Assembly: GCA_022729705.1 (NCBI GenBank)
Contig: DZAX01000002.1
Span: 53,277 to 117,276 of the forward strand
Direction: 5' to 3'
Origin: Helicobacter cetorum
GTDB taxonomy: Bacteria; Campylobacterota; Campylobacteria; Campylobacterales; UBA6016
Length of the DNA stretch: 64,000 nucleotides
Shown here: piece after piece, positions 8,274 through 17,834 of the stretch
Layout of the letters: the number at the start of each line of letters is the position of its first letter
Position numbering within the stretch: position 1 is the first letter of the stretch
Translations under genes and position numbers: made by a program
Notes under the pieces: generated by a model
The model's database searches: none
Told to the model about the DNA's origin: nothing
The model's input: the letters and a program-made list of their open reading frames with translations, nothing else

Positions 8274-11186
8274 ATGGCGGTAATTAAATTTAAGTTGACA
8301 ATAGGCGGTAAAGCTATAGATACGCTAGACGAGCTTCGCGAGTGTTGTAAAAACACAGCAAACAAATCTAGCATAATGGCAATATTTAAAGACGAGAGAC
8401 TACAAAAGTGGCTTGAAGTGCGAGATCATGATGAGTTGTCTGCGCGTATTAAAAAACTCCACGGCGACGACAATAAAATATACGACTATATTAAAGAGTT
8501 TATTGGCGAGGCTAAAACGTACGACGGCGCAAAAAAAATCTTTAAAATATCGTACAATCCGTATGTGCTGGATAAAACTACGATATTTTTAAACGGCGAG
8601 CAATGCGATATTAGCATAGGGAGGTTGCAACACAACCTAGACCAAGTGATAAAAGACTTAGAGAGTGCTTGTAAGCAAAAAGAATACACAATAGAATTTA
8701 CCGGAAGAGAGATAGATTTTGACGACCTAGAATTAGCGTGCGAACACGCAAATAAAGACGAGGGTTATAAAATTACGCTAGAGCACAAGCCCTCTTTTGA
8801 AGCGTCCGGCGTTTTGAGTAATATTAAGCGTCTTGAATCGACTCTTAAAGATTTGCCAATTCCCGACGAAGAAAAAACATATGCGCAAGAAGCACTACAA
8901 AAGGCACTTCATAGCGAGTTTGAAATAGCTGTAGTAGCCACTATGAGTTCTGGCAAATCTACGCTTATAAACGCCATGCTGCAAGTTGAACTTTTGCCTG
9001 CGCGCAACGAAGCGACTACGGCAAAAATATTTAGAATAAAAGATGTTGACGGAAGAGATAGGTTTCGCGTAAAGTCTAACGGACAATGGATTGATTGCAC
9101 GCAAGAGACGCTAGAGGGCTTAAACGGCGGCGACTCCGACGGCTTTATCGAGATAGAGGGAGATATTCCGGCTATTAAATCCGATATTATGAGCCTAGTA
9201 TTGCTTGACACGCCCGGACCAAATAATTCGCGAAATGAACAACACAAAGAAAAAACCTATAGTATTATTAAGGACAATCAAAAACGCCCAGTTATACTTT
9301 ATGTGCTAAACGCGCAACAAATTGGTATTAACGACGACTCTTTTTTGATTAACAGTATAGCCGCGCAAATGCAAGACGGCGACAAGCAAAACAAAGAGCG
9401 TTTTTTGTTTGTTTTGAATAAAGCGGACGCTTTTGATACCGAAAAAGGCGAAAAGATACAAGACGCCATGGATAAATGCAAGGCGTATTTGGAAGAGAAA
9501 GGCATAAAAGAGCCTCTTATTTTTCCAATAAGCGCAGAGTTGGCTAGGGTTATTAGAAAACAAAAAAAAGGCGATAAGCTTACATCGAATGAAAGAAAAG
9601 CGCTATTTGATTGCGATAGATTTAACGAAGACGCCACATTGCATTTAGAAAAGTATGCCCCACTGGATAAAGCAAGCAAAAAGAAAGTTCAAAATACCCT
9701 TGAAAACGTAAGTGATGATGAAGAAAAAGCGCTAATTCATACCGGAATAGTTACCTTGGAAATAGCTATTAACGATTATGTTTCCAAATACGCCTCCGCT
9801 GTTAAAATTGGCGAGGCTTTGTCGGCTATTCAAAACATATCCACAAAACAAGAAGGTTTTGCGAAAATGATTGAAGAAGCCAAAGCCGCCGCCGCCGAAG
9901 CCAAACTAAAAGGCGATGAGGCTGAAGCCGCGATAGAGGAGGCTAAAAAAAAAGTTAAAGAAATAGAAGAGGAGATAGCTAAGAATGAAGCTGAAAAACA
10001 AGCACTAGAAGACAACAAAGACAGCACAAGCAAAGAAGTTCAAGAGAAGCGAGAGCTAATCGAGCGTAGAAAAAAAGAATTAGCCGCAATGGAAAAAGAG
10101 CGTTTGCAAAAACAGGATGAGCTTCGCAAAAACGAAAGCGTCATAAATGAAAAAGAGCAAAAGATAAAAGCTCTTCAAGAAAAGTTTCGCAAATTAAAAG
10201 AAGCCCTAAAATATATTAGTCTTAAAGATTTGAGCGAATTTAAAGAAATGGATGCAAAAGTGCGCTCTTGGGCAATCAACAAGACGGAAAAATTTATAGA
10301 TGCCAAACTACCAAAACACGAAGTTATGACGCTGCTCGGCGTATTGCAAAAGGATATTTCCAATTTTATTGTAGATATTAAGACCGATTTGCGAAAAGTG
10401 TATGCCGACAAGATTGATAGTAGAATAAAATCTATAGTAGCGATGATTGAGATTGAAATTAAAAGCTCCCTAGACGGCGGAATGCGAGATATAGCCTGCG
10501 CCAATTTAAAAGACATAGCGTCTAAACATGTATTTCAACAAGACGTGGTAGTGGGTAAAAAAACTGTAAAAATAGAAAGATCGATGTGGAATCCATTTCA
10601 CTGGCCTGGTATGATGTTTGGCAATGACGAAGAAGTGGTTGACGATGTTCAAAGACAATCGTTTATAAATATGCGTTCCGTTGAGCCTAAACTTTCCGAA
10701 CTAACGAAAACTTTGATAGACACTATTGAAAAAACAAAAAATGAGCTTGCAATGCAACTAGATAAAGTACAAGAAGGTATTCTTGATGAGTTAGAGACCA
10801 TTCAAAAAACAATGGAAGATGCAGAAAACGAGCGAGACCGAATATATATGGCAATGGTCGCTATGGAAGATCAAGCAAGGGGGCTTGACTTTAAAGAGAA
10901 AAAAACCAAGGATGAATCTTCCACGGAAGAAGAAGAGCTAAATAAAAAGCTTGCCGAGTCTGATAAGCTAGAAAAAAGCTTGGACGAAAAACAGGACAAG
11001 ATAAAAGAGTTTGACAACGCCGTAAACCAAAAGACCCAAGAGATTGAAAACGCCAAAAACAGAGCTGAACAAGAGGCTCGAAACTCTGAAATCGCACAAA
11101 AAGTTGTTGACGAATATGCCCAAAAAGAAAAAGCGTTTGCGCGTTTGCGTATTGAACTTGAAAAATGTTATGGAGAATTAAAATGA
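8274..11186 (+). CDS. dynamin-like large GTPase with long C-terminal coiled coil
   Basis: G1 VVATMSSGKSTLINAM, G3 LLDTPGPN, G4 VLNKAD. It has about 210 aa of unknown N-terminal region and about 450 aa of E/K-rich heptad-like sequence. Confidence 0.85.
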   Translation: MAVIKFKLTIGGKAIDTLDELRECCKNTANKSSIMAIFKDERLQKWLEVRDHDELSARIKKLHGDDNKIYDYIKEFIGEAKTYDGAKKIFKISYNPYVLDKTTIFLNGEQCDISIGRLQHNLDQVIKDLESACKQKEYTIEFTGREIDFDDLELACEHANKDEGYKITLEHKPSFEASGVLSNIKRLESTLKDLPIPDEEKTYAQEALQKALHSEFEIAVVATMSSGKSTLINAMLQVELLPARNEATTAKIFRIKDVDGRDRFRVKSNGQWIDCTQETLEGLNGGDSDGFIEIEGDIPAIKSDIMSLVLLDTPGPNNSRNEQHKEKTYSIIKDNQKRPVILYVLNAQQIGINDDSFLINSIAAQMQDGDKQNKERFLFVLNKADAFDTEKGEKIQDAMDKCKAYLEEKGIKEPLIFPISAELARVIRKQKKGDKLTSNERKALFDCDRFNEDATLHLEKYAPLDKASKKKVQNTLENVSDDEEKALIHTGIVTLEIAINDYVSKYASAVKIGEALSAIQNISTKQEGFAKMIEEAKAAAAEAKLKGDEAEAAIEEAKKKVKEIEEEIAKNEAEKQALEDNKDSTSKEVQEKRELIERRKKELAAMEKERLQKQDELRKNESVINEKEQKIKALQEKFRKLKEALKYISLKDLSEFKEMDAKVRSWAINKTEKFIDAKLPKHEVMTLLGVLQKDISNFIVDIKTDLRKVYADKIDSRIKSIVAMIEIEIKSSLDGGMRDIACANLKDIASKHVFQQDVVVGKKTVKIERSMWNPFHWPGMMFGNDEEVVDDVQRQSFINMRSVEPKLSELTKTLIDTIEKTKNELAMQLDKVQEGILDELETIQKTMEDAENERDRIYMAMVAMEDQARGLDFKEKKTKDESSTEEEELNKKLAESDKLEKSLDEKQDKIKEFDNAVNQKTQEIENAKNRAEQEARNSEIAQKVVDEYAQKEKAFARLRIELEKCYGELK

Positions 11187-11647
11187 ACAATACTGGATTA
11201 GAAAAAGCAATAGGGACGGGCGATATTGGAGAGGTTAGATTAGGGTTTGTTAACTGTTTTATGGTTAGTAGCGATTGGGCAAAAAAATGCCTTGAATTTT
11301 ATCGCAATCAAATATCGCAAGACTTGTGGCAAGCGCACAATGGCAAAACATTTAAAAATAAAAGCGGTTGGAATAAGGAGTATTTCGTTGCTTTACAAAT
11401 GGAGTTACAAGATAATTTTTCCGAAGAGCGCTTTGCTCATACAATAGAAGTCGGTCAATATGTAATGAGGCAAAAGCAAGCGCCTGCGATTGATAAGCCA
11501 AAGCCAAACGCTCCAAACGCAAACGCCGCAAAACAAAAAAGTCAAGAAGCAAAGCAAGAGTCGCAACAAGCCAACTCTTCTCGTATTGTAGCTACGGTGG
11601 TAGTTGTTGGCGTTATTGTCGCTATCGCCGCAATCGCATTTTTGTGA
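11183..11647 (+). CDS. tail-anchored membrane protein (hypothetical)
   Basis: The start overlaps the GTPase stop (ATGA). It has a soluble N-domain, a Q/K/A/N-rich linker and a C-terminal TM helix IVATVVVVGVIVAIAAIAFL. Confidence 0.6.
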   Translation: MNNTGLEKAIGTGDIGEVRLGFVNCFMVSSDWAKKCLEFYRNQISQDLWQAHNGKTFKNKSGWNKEYFVALQMELQDNFSEERFAHTIEVGQYVMRQKQAPAIDKPKPNAPNANAAKQKSQEAKQESQQANSSRIVATVVVVGVIVAIAAIAFL

Positions 11648-11723
11648 CAAACAAAAAGAGATTTGATTGGCGTGCGCCGCTTGCGGATTAGCGTAGTCAA
11701 AAAATTTACTAGGATGGGAAAAA

Positions 11724-13235
11724 ATGGGAAGCTTAGTTGAAGAGATAAAAGAATATATAGATACATATCATCCGGTGATATATATTGAAAGCTTAGACGA
11801 GATAGAAGCCGATAGCGTTGTTAAAGAGCTTGCCGAAAAGTGCAATAAAAGAACCGTGTTTGAGTATTCGCATAAATATATGTTTGAATACAAGAATGGG
11901 ATCAAAATAAGATTACAAAAAGAAGTTGATGTGTCTAAGTTTTTAGACAATAGGCTTACAAGCGACACAAAAAAGCAATTTATTGTTTTAAAAGATATAC
12001 ACAAATATTTAATCGGCGATACGTCGGCGGAAAGCGCTAATTTGATTTTGAGCTTAAAAAATCTAGTGTATAAGATTGTTGAAGATGACGGCAAAAGTGA
12101 AAATACTATTTTTATAATATCGCCAATACTAGCCATACCGCCAGAAATTGCAAAATTTATTACTGTTTTTAAGCCAAAGTCGCCGGATGAACAAGTGATT
12201 GCTAGCGTTATTGACGCCTTTTGCAAAACCCAAGAAATACAAATACAACAAAGCGTCAAGCAAGAAATTATTAACAGACTAAAAGGTCTTAGCGGATACG
12301 AGATAAATAAGATATTGGCGCTTGCTCTTTATAGAGACGGACGCATTAATCAAGAAGATTTTGACTTAATATCAAAACAAAAAAGCCAAATGGTTATGAA
12401 AAATGGCGTGTTGGAGATGATAGAAGTCAAGGCAAAACCTGATTCTTTGGCGGGTCTTCAAAATCTAAAATATTGGATAGGGAAAAAAAGCAAAATTTTT
12501 GAAAGATTGGCGGAAGCGAAAACAAAAAAAATAGACCCGCCAAAAGGCGTTATGCTTGTTGGTTTGCCAGGGTGCGGCAAATCTCTTAGCGCCGAGGTTA
12601 TAGCCGCTATTATGAAAACTCCACTACTGCGCCTAGATATGGGCAAATTGCTTGGCAAATATGTCGGGGAGAGCGAAGAGAATATGAGGCGAGCCATACA
12701 TTTAGCCGAAGCCGTTAGCCCTTGCGTGCTTTGGATAGATGAAATAGAAAAAGCGTTTGTGGGCGTAAGCGGAGATAGCGGCGGTTCTGATGTTAGCAAA
12801 AGAATGTTTGGGAGCTTTTTGACTTGGATGCAAGAAAAAACATCTCCCGTATTTGTCGTAGCTACAGCAAACGACATAACAAGCTTGCCGCCGGAACTAC
12901 TTAGAAAAGGTAGATTTGATGAGCTATTTTCTGTTGCTTTGCCAAACAAAGACGAACGAGAGGGAATTTTTGCCGTCCATCTTAAAAAGCGTGACGCCGA
13001 TAGCGGTATTGATAAAAAAAGATTGGCTGAACTTTCAGAAGGATTTATTGGCGCCGAAATAGAATCTGTAGTAAAAGATGCTTTAGAAGAGGCATTTATT
13101 GACCAAAAGCAGTTTAATACGGCTTTACTAGAACGTATAACTAAAGAGTTAAAACCTATGTCTAAATCGCAAAAAGCCAAGATAGATTCCTATAATCAAA
13201 AGATTAAAGAGCTTGATATTAAATCGGCTTCGTGA
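11724..13235 (+). CDS. classical-clade AAA+ ATPase with degenerate N-terminal AAA-like domain
   Basis: Walker A GLPGCGKS, Walker B CVLWIDEIE, second region of homology ATANDITSLPPELLRKGRFD. The N-terminal 250 aa or so lack a P-loop. Confidence 0.85.
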   Translation: MGSLVEEIKEYIDTYHPVIYIESLDEIEADSVVKELAEKCNKRTVFEYSHKYMFEYKNGIKIRLQKEVDVSKFLDNRLTSDTKKQFIVLKDIHKYLIGDTSAESANLILSLKNLVYKIVEDDGKSENTIFIISPILAIPPEIAKFITVFKPKSPDEQVIASVIDAFCKTQEIQIQQSVKQEIINRLKGLSGYEINKILALALYRDGRINQEDFDLISKQKSQMVMKNGVLEMIEVKAKPDSLAGLQNLKYWIGKKSKIFERLAEAKTKKIDPPKGVMLVGLPGCGKSLSAEVIAAIMKTPLLRLDMGKLLGKYVGESEENMRRAIHLAEAVSPCVLWIDEIEKAFVGVSGDSGGSDVSKRMFGSFLTWMQEKTSPVFVVATANDITSLPPELLRKGRFDELFSVALPNKDEREGIFAVHLKKRDADSGIDKKRLAELSEGFIGAEIESVVKDALEEAFIDQKQFNTALLERITKELKPMSKSQKAKIDSYNQKIKELDIKSAS

Positions 13236-13273
13236 AAACACTTATTATATTATTTTGAAATAAGGTATTTAGA

Positions 13274-13543
13274 ATGTTTTGTTTTAAGTGTGGGAAAAAG
13301 CTTTTAGATGGGGAGTCGTACTGTCAAAACTGCGGAGCAAAAGCGCAAGACTATGATGTTTTAAAACAAGTCCAGAAATATCCATTGTTTAAAATCATAA
13401 CAACAATAACTATAGCCTTAGTTATCTTGTTTGCTATCTATGGCATAATTATCAGTTTGCCTTGGATACTTCTTGTATTGGGCATATCGATTGGAGTGGC
13501 GATTGCGATGTCGATCATGAAAAATCGGAAGAAACAATATTGA
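13274..13543 (+). CDS. zinc-ribbon membrane protein
   Basis: N-terminal CFKCGKK...CQNCG, followed by two hydrophobic helices. It is the last gene of the cluster. Confidence 0.6.
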   Translation: MFCFKCGKKLLDGESYCQNCGAKAQDYDVLKQVQKYPLFKIITTITIALVILFAIYGIIISLPWILLVLGISIGVAIAMSIMKNRKKQY

Positions 13544-13647
13544 CGAATTAAGAGATTTTTTGTAAAAATCTTAATGGTCTCATCCGCCCAAGCCTCTTTA
13601 ATATCTCCTCAACGGGGATATTTAGCTTGTCAAGTTTCACCACATTA

Positions 13648-13975
13648 CACCATCCCATTTAAAAGAGTAGCATAAAACGCATCAGGTGAAATCTTAAAAT
13701 TTTGCGGCTCTATTTCAAACCAACTTTTAACCGCTTCACACGGTGTTCTGACTTTTGACTCTTTTGTTAGTCCATCATGCCTTCTGTTTGTGTTGATGGT
13801 ACTATTTTTAATCGTTTTATTATACCATTAGTCTTTGGTGTTGCGGGTGCTGTTAGTCTATGCTCTGTATCATCTTTTTTGCATTCAATATCAAACTTAT
13901 GTTGGTCTTGAGCTTTTATCCTCTTGATACTCTCTGCTTTTCCACTTTGAGACTGTTTTGATATTTACACTATAT
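13648..13975 (-). pseudogene. IS481/IS3-type transposase C-terminal remnant (frameshifted)
   Basis: Minus-strand translation gives ...HKFDIECKKDDTEHRLTAPATPKTNGIIKRL... (compare the H-R-x-T-x-P-x-x-P-Q-T-N-G integrase-core tail). A shifted frame then gives ...TPCEAVKSWFEIEPQNF. Several stops interrupt it. Confidence 0.6.
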
Positions 13976-14040
13976 TTGGTCGCTAATTCAGTATTGGGTA
14001 AATTATACAAAAGTCTGATTTAACAAATGTTGAATTATCG

Positions 14041-14390
14041 ACACTATTTTGTCGGCGGGACGGCTTTGGTGCACTATTTAAATCATAGAGTTTCGTATGA
14101 TTTAGATTTTATTTCCATCGCAAAATTGAAGCCTAACACATTAAAGGCTTGGCGGTCTAATTAGAACGTTGCCGCTAAAAGCCATAGCCAAACCAAAGAT
14201 ACTGGCTTTTTTTAGAAGACGTAAAATTAGAGATTTATTTGACGTTTTTGCAATGCTTCAACAACAAAAAAATTGCAGTTGGTGATTTAGAAAGGCTCTA
14301 CGCAGTAGAGATAGGCAAAGGATGAACCTGGAATAAAAGAAAAAGTCTCTCGTCTAATAGATAAAATAGAAAACAGAGAAAACGGCTAAA
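14041..14390 (+). pseudogene. AbiEii/nucleotidyltransferase toxin-family remnant
   Basis: Fragments HYFVGGTALVHYLNHRVSYDLDFISI (the GGTAL..R.S.D.DF motif) and ...RRRKIRDLFDVFAML, separated by stops and deletions. Confidence 0.55.
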
Positions 14391-14412
14391 TTTTATTTGA
14401 AATTTAGCCCGA

Positions 14413-14799
14413 TTATAGATACAAATTCAAATAACTACCATATCCGCTAAGTCTAACGCTCATTTGATACTCATCTGCTTTTGCGGCTTGTTCTTGTCTT
14501 GCCATTTGTGCGATTTTATTTTTTAGTTCGCCCTCTAATGCGGCTCTGTACATTTCGGCACTTGTTTGTGAGGCGTGTTTTGCGTTATCTTTGCTTTCAT
14601 CGCCGTATCCCGCTAACATAAGCTCTACGCTTTTTTGTTTTTCGTCGATTTTTCTTTCTATCGCTATTTTTTCAAAGACGGTGTTTATAATTATGTCGCC
14701 GCTTGGCGGTGTGTAAGAAGACGCTATAGATGATATTGGTTTTTTTGCCAGCGCCGCATATGATTTGTAGGCTGAGGCGTGAATTGGATTGGCTTGCAT
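14413..14799 (-). CDS. hypothetical protein
   Basis: 128-aa ORF; no motif recognised. Confidence 0.45.
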   Translation of the reverse strand: MQANPIHASAYKSYAALAKKPISSIASSYTPPSGDIIINTVFEKIAIERKIDEKQKSVELMLAGYGDESKDNAKHASQTSAEMYRAALEGELKNKIAQMARQEQAAKADEYQMSVRLSGYGSYLNLYL

Positions 14800-14864
14800 A
14801 ATCGCTCTCCCTGCTTTTTAAAGCAAAAAGAGCAAACGCCATTCCAAGTTTTATAAGCGCAACA

Positions 14865-15167
14865 TTAACCTTCTGTAAGTAGGTTTTCCATGAGGGCTTT
14901 TTGTACGCTATCCATAAGCTTGTAGTCCCTATCTGTTAGCCTTACAACGGGTCTTGGGTCCTCTTCTAATAGTTTGCCATATAGTGAGAGAGCCTCTTTT
15001 GAAAATGTTACTCTATAGGCGTCTGAAAACTCATAATACGTCGAATCAGCCGATACGCCTTTGTGCGTTGTCTGACTCTGAAAATCATTGTTTTGCGGCT
15101 CTTGCGCACGCGCAGGTCGCCAATCTTTGTATCTACCAGATCCGCTACCAACCCCTATTTGGTTCAT
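14865..15167 (-). CDS. hypothetical protein
   Basis: 100-aa ORF; no motif recognised. Confidence 0.45.
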   Translation of the reverse strand: MNQIGVGSGSGRYKDWRPARAQEPQNNDFQSQTTHKGVSADSTYYEFSDAYRVTFSKEALSLYGKLLEEDPRPVVRLTDRDYKLMDSVQKALMENLLTEG

Positions 15168-15197
15168 GGGCTACCCCTCCCGCTACTCTTTAATTTT

Positions 15198-15404
15198 CTA
15201 TTCTTCTTTCGGTTTTATCTTGCAGCTTGTATCAATGCCTAGCAACGTGTAAAGCCCGCAAAACCTAAAGACGCCTGTGCCCATCACAATAAGACCAATA
15301 ATGTTAACTATAAGGTTATGAATGCCTACAGTACCGATAATAACAAGCGCCGTGCCAACCCCGATTCTGATATACCTATCAATTCCGCCTATATTCTGTT
15401 TCAT
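15198..15404 (-). CDS. DUF2892/YgaP-like small membrane protein
   Basis: MKQNIGGIDRYIRIGVG... with two TM helices; typical N-terminal signature as I recall it. Confidence 0.65.
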   Translation of the reverse strand: MKQNIGGIDRYIRIGVGTALVIIGTVGIHNLIVNIIGLIVMGTGVFRFCGLYTLLGIDTSCKIKPKEE

Positions 15405-15436
15405 TCGGCTTTTCCTTTGGTTTAAGATGAATCCTA

Positions 15437-16075
15437 TTATAACAAAATTGAAAGTAAAAGATATGCCGGAAGCATAAAAATTTTTGACAAAGGGGTGGCT
15501 AAGATAACAACCAAGATTATCATTCCGTAACCACCGACTTTGGCGTTAAAATTGTCTATAGCGTTTACGCCAAACTTTCTGCCAAGATAGCCAAGAGCGT
15601 TTGAACCGTCAAGCGGCGGAATGGGCCAAAGATTGAAAACCGCCAAAATAATGTTGTAAATAACCAAATAATAGAGTATTTGCGCAAGAATAGTGTCTGC
15701 GTCTACAAATCCAATAAGGACAGAAGAGATTACCGCCACAAAAAGATTGTAGGCGATACCGGCCATCGAAACAGCGATAGCGCCGTTGTAGCCGCCGTTT
15801 CTAATAACCGTCCACATATTGACCGGAACAGGCTTTGCCCATCCAAACAAAAAAGGCGATCCGGAGATAAAAAGCATTAGCGGAACGACTATTGTGCCTA
15901 TTGGGTCTACGTGTATGAGCGGATTAATACTAAGTCTGCCCTCATGTTTTGCCGTTGTATCGCCATATCTATATGCTACATATCCGTGCATTATCTCATG
16001 CCCGACGATAGCCACTACAAGCGCGGCAATAATACTAAGCGCTTTTACAATATCAAATCCGCCAAAATCAAACAC
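15437..16075 (-). CDS. site-2 protease family (M50) membrane metalloprotease
   Basis: HEIMHG (HExxH) in the first TM region; polytopic membrane protein. Confidence 0.75.
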   Translation of the reverse strand: MFDFGGFDIVKALSIIAALVVAIVGHEIMHGYVAYRYGDTTAKHEGRLSINPLIHVDPIGTIVVPLMLFISGSPFLFGWAKPVPVNMWTVIRNGGYNGAIAVSMAGIAYNLFVAVISSVLIGFVDADTILAQILYYLVIYNIILAVFNLWPIPPLDGSNALGYLGRKFGVNAIDNFNAKVGGYGMIILVVILATPLSKIFMLPAYLLLSILL

Positions 16076-16936
16076 TTATTTAAGCTCTTTTTCTAGGGAG
16101 TCTACTGTTTGTCCGATTCTATTCCATCTAATTAGATAGTCGTCATCCCAGCTAAAGTATATAAACCACGGTTTGCCGACAACTTGTGAGTAACTGACCG
16201 GACCCCAATATCTACTATCCGCCGAGTTGTCCCTATTGTCGCCCATCATAAAAAACTTATCATCTCCAAGGGTGATGGGGCCAAAGAAGTATTTTCTAAA
16301 TCGCACATCATCGCCCCCTAGCGTAGAAAACGGAGTCTCATATACAGCCTCCGACCCAGCTCTTGCGGCGTAATACAAAGACGGGTCATAAAACGCCTCT
16401 TCTTCTTTGGAGCCTCCCACTTGAAATGAGAGTCTTGGATTGTCGTAGTGAATTCCTTTGTGCTCTTTTTGGTATGGATTTTTTATCCACAGTTTGCCGC
16501 CAATTGATACTGTTTCATACCCTGTAAAAGCGGTTTTTGCGTACTCGTCACCCTCTTTTGGGTGTAGATACAAATCTTGGTTGTGAAAAAATAGCTCGTC
16601 GCCGCTTGCGGCTACGCATCTTTTGACAAAGTGTATTTTTTCGTTAAGTGGGTAGCGAAAAATCACCACGTCGCCTCTTTGCGGTCTATTCCCCTCTACC
16701 AAATGCCCGTCATGATTTGGCACAAGAGGAATTTCCAAAAACGGAATATGCGGCGTAGGCACGCCGTAAGCAAACTTTTTGACAAAGAGGTGGTCGCCTA
16801 TCAAAAGCGTCCTTATCATGGAGCCCGATGGTATTACAAACGCTTGAGCAACAAAAAATATCACCAGTAAAACGATAATAATAGTTCCCGTCCAGCTATT
16901 TGAAAATCTATATAGTTTTAGTAAATTCTCTTTCAT
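16076..16936 (-). CDS. lepB: signal peptidase I
   Basis: S26 motifs IPSGSM and GDNRDNSADSRYWG. Confidence 0.92.
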   Translation of the reverse strand: MKENLLKLYRFSNSWTGTIIIVLLVIFFVAQAFVIPSGSMIRTLLIGDHLFVKKFAYGVPTPHIPFLEIPLVPNHDGHLVEGNRPQRGDVVIFRYPLNEKIHFVKRCVAASGDELFFHNQDLYLHPKEGDEYAKTAFTGYETVSIGGKLWIKNPYQKEHKGIHYDNPRLSFQVGGSKEEEAFYDPSLYYAARAGSEAVYETPFSTLGGDDVRFRKYFFGPITLGDDKFFMMGDNRDNSADSRYWGPVSYSQVVGKPWFIYFSWDDDYLIRWNRIGQTVDSLEKELK

Positions 16937-17772
16937 ATTGATTTAGCCGCCTTTAGCGTGTTGCTTAGCAGTATTGCAATCGTCATGGGACCTACTCCGC
17001 CCGGTACCGGCGTGATATACGAGCATTTTGGCGCAATGGAGTCAAAATCAGCGTCTCCTACAAGCTTGTCGCCCACTCTGTTAATCCCTATATCCACTAC
17101 GACGACCCCCTCTTTTACCATGTCGGCTGTTATTAGGTTCGGTTTTCCTACGCCTACAAATATCATATCCGCTTTTTTTGTATGCTCTTTTAGATCTTTT
17201 GTGAAGATATGGCATATATCCACGGTAGCCCCGGCGTTTAAAAGCAGACTTGCCATCGGTTTGCCGACTATATTGCTAGCCCCTACGACAACGCAATCTT
17301 TACCTTTGACATCAACGCCGTACTCGGCTAAAAGCTCCATAACGCCAAGCGGCGTACAAGGGGCAAAAGTATCAAGTCCGGCGACTAGCTTGCCTAGATT
17401 AAAAGGGTGAAAGCCATCCACGTCTTTTTTTGGAAAGACGGCTTCTAATATCTTGGTTGAGTCTATATGCCCCGGCAATGGAAGTTGCACCAAAAGTCCG
17501 TGTATTTTAGGATTTTCGTTTATCATGCGTATTGTAGATAAAACGTCCTCTTCTTTGACCGTGCTAGGCATTTCATGTAAAACGCTATATATGCCGACCT
17601 CTTTACAAGCCCTTGCTTTCATGGAGACATATGCATGACTTGCGGGGTCGTCTCCCACGAGTATTACCGCAAGACCGGGCGTAACGCCGTTTTTTTCTAC
17701 AAACTCTGCCGTCTCTTTTTTGAGATTTTCTTTTATTTTTGAGGAGAGTTTTTTACCATCCAAAAGCTCCAC
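16933..17772 (-). CDS. folD: bifunctional methylenetetrahydrofolate dehydrogenase/cyclohydrolase
   Basis: Full-length FolD-like sequence (LAVILVGDDPASHAYV, VVGASNIVGKPMA, PVPGGVGPMT). Confidence 0.93.
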   Translation of the reverse strand: MELLDGKKLSSKIKENLKKETAEFVEKNGVTPGLAVILVGDDPASHAYVSMKARACKEVGIYSVLHEMPSTVKEEDVLSTIRMINENPKIHGLLVQLPLPGHIDSTKILEAVFPKKDVDGFHPFNLGKLVAGLDTFAPCTPLGVMELLAEYGVDVKGKDCVVVGASNIVGKPMASLLLNAGATVDICHIFTKDLKEHTKKADMIFVGVGKPNLITADMVKEGVVVVDIGINRVGDKLVGDADFDSIAPKCSYITPVPGGVGPMTIAILLSNTLKAAKSI

Positions 17773-17834
17773 GAAACTCCTTTAAATCAAGCGAAATTGG
17801 GGTATTATAAGACAATTTTGCTTTGAAGGCGCAG

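Noticed and set aside
8486-13180. Many minus-strand ORFs (60-240 aa) inside the dynamin-like and AAA genes
   Set aside because: All are antisense to long motif-bearing genes. They have low-complexity S/L/F/I-rich translations expected from the complement of K/E-rich coding sequence.
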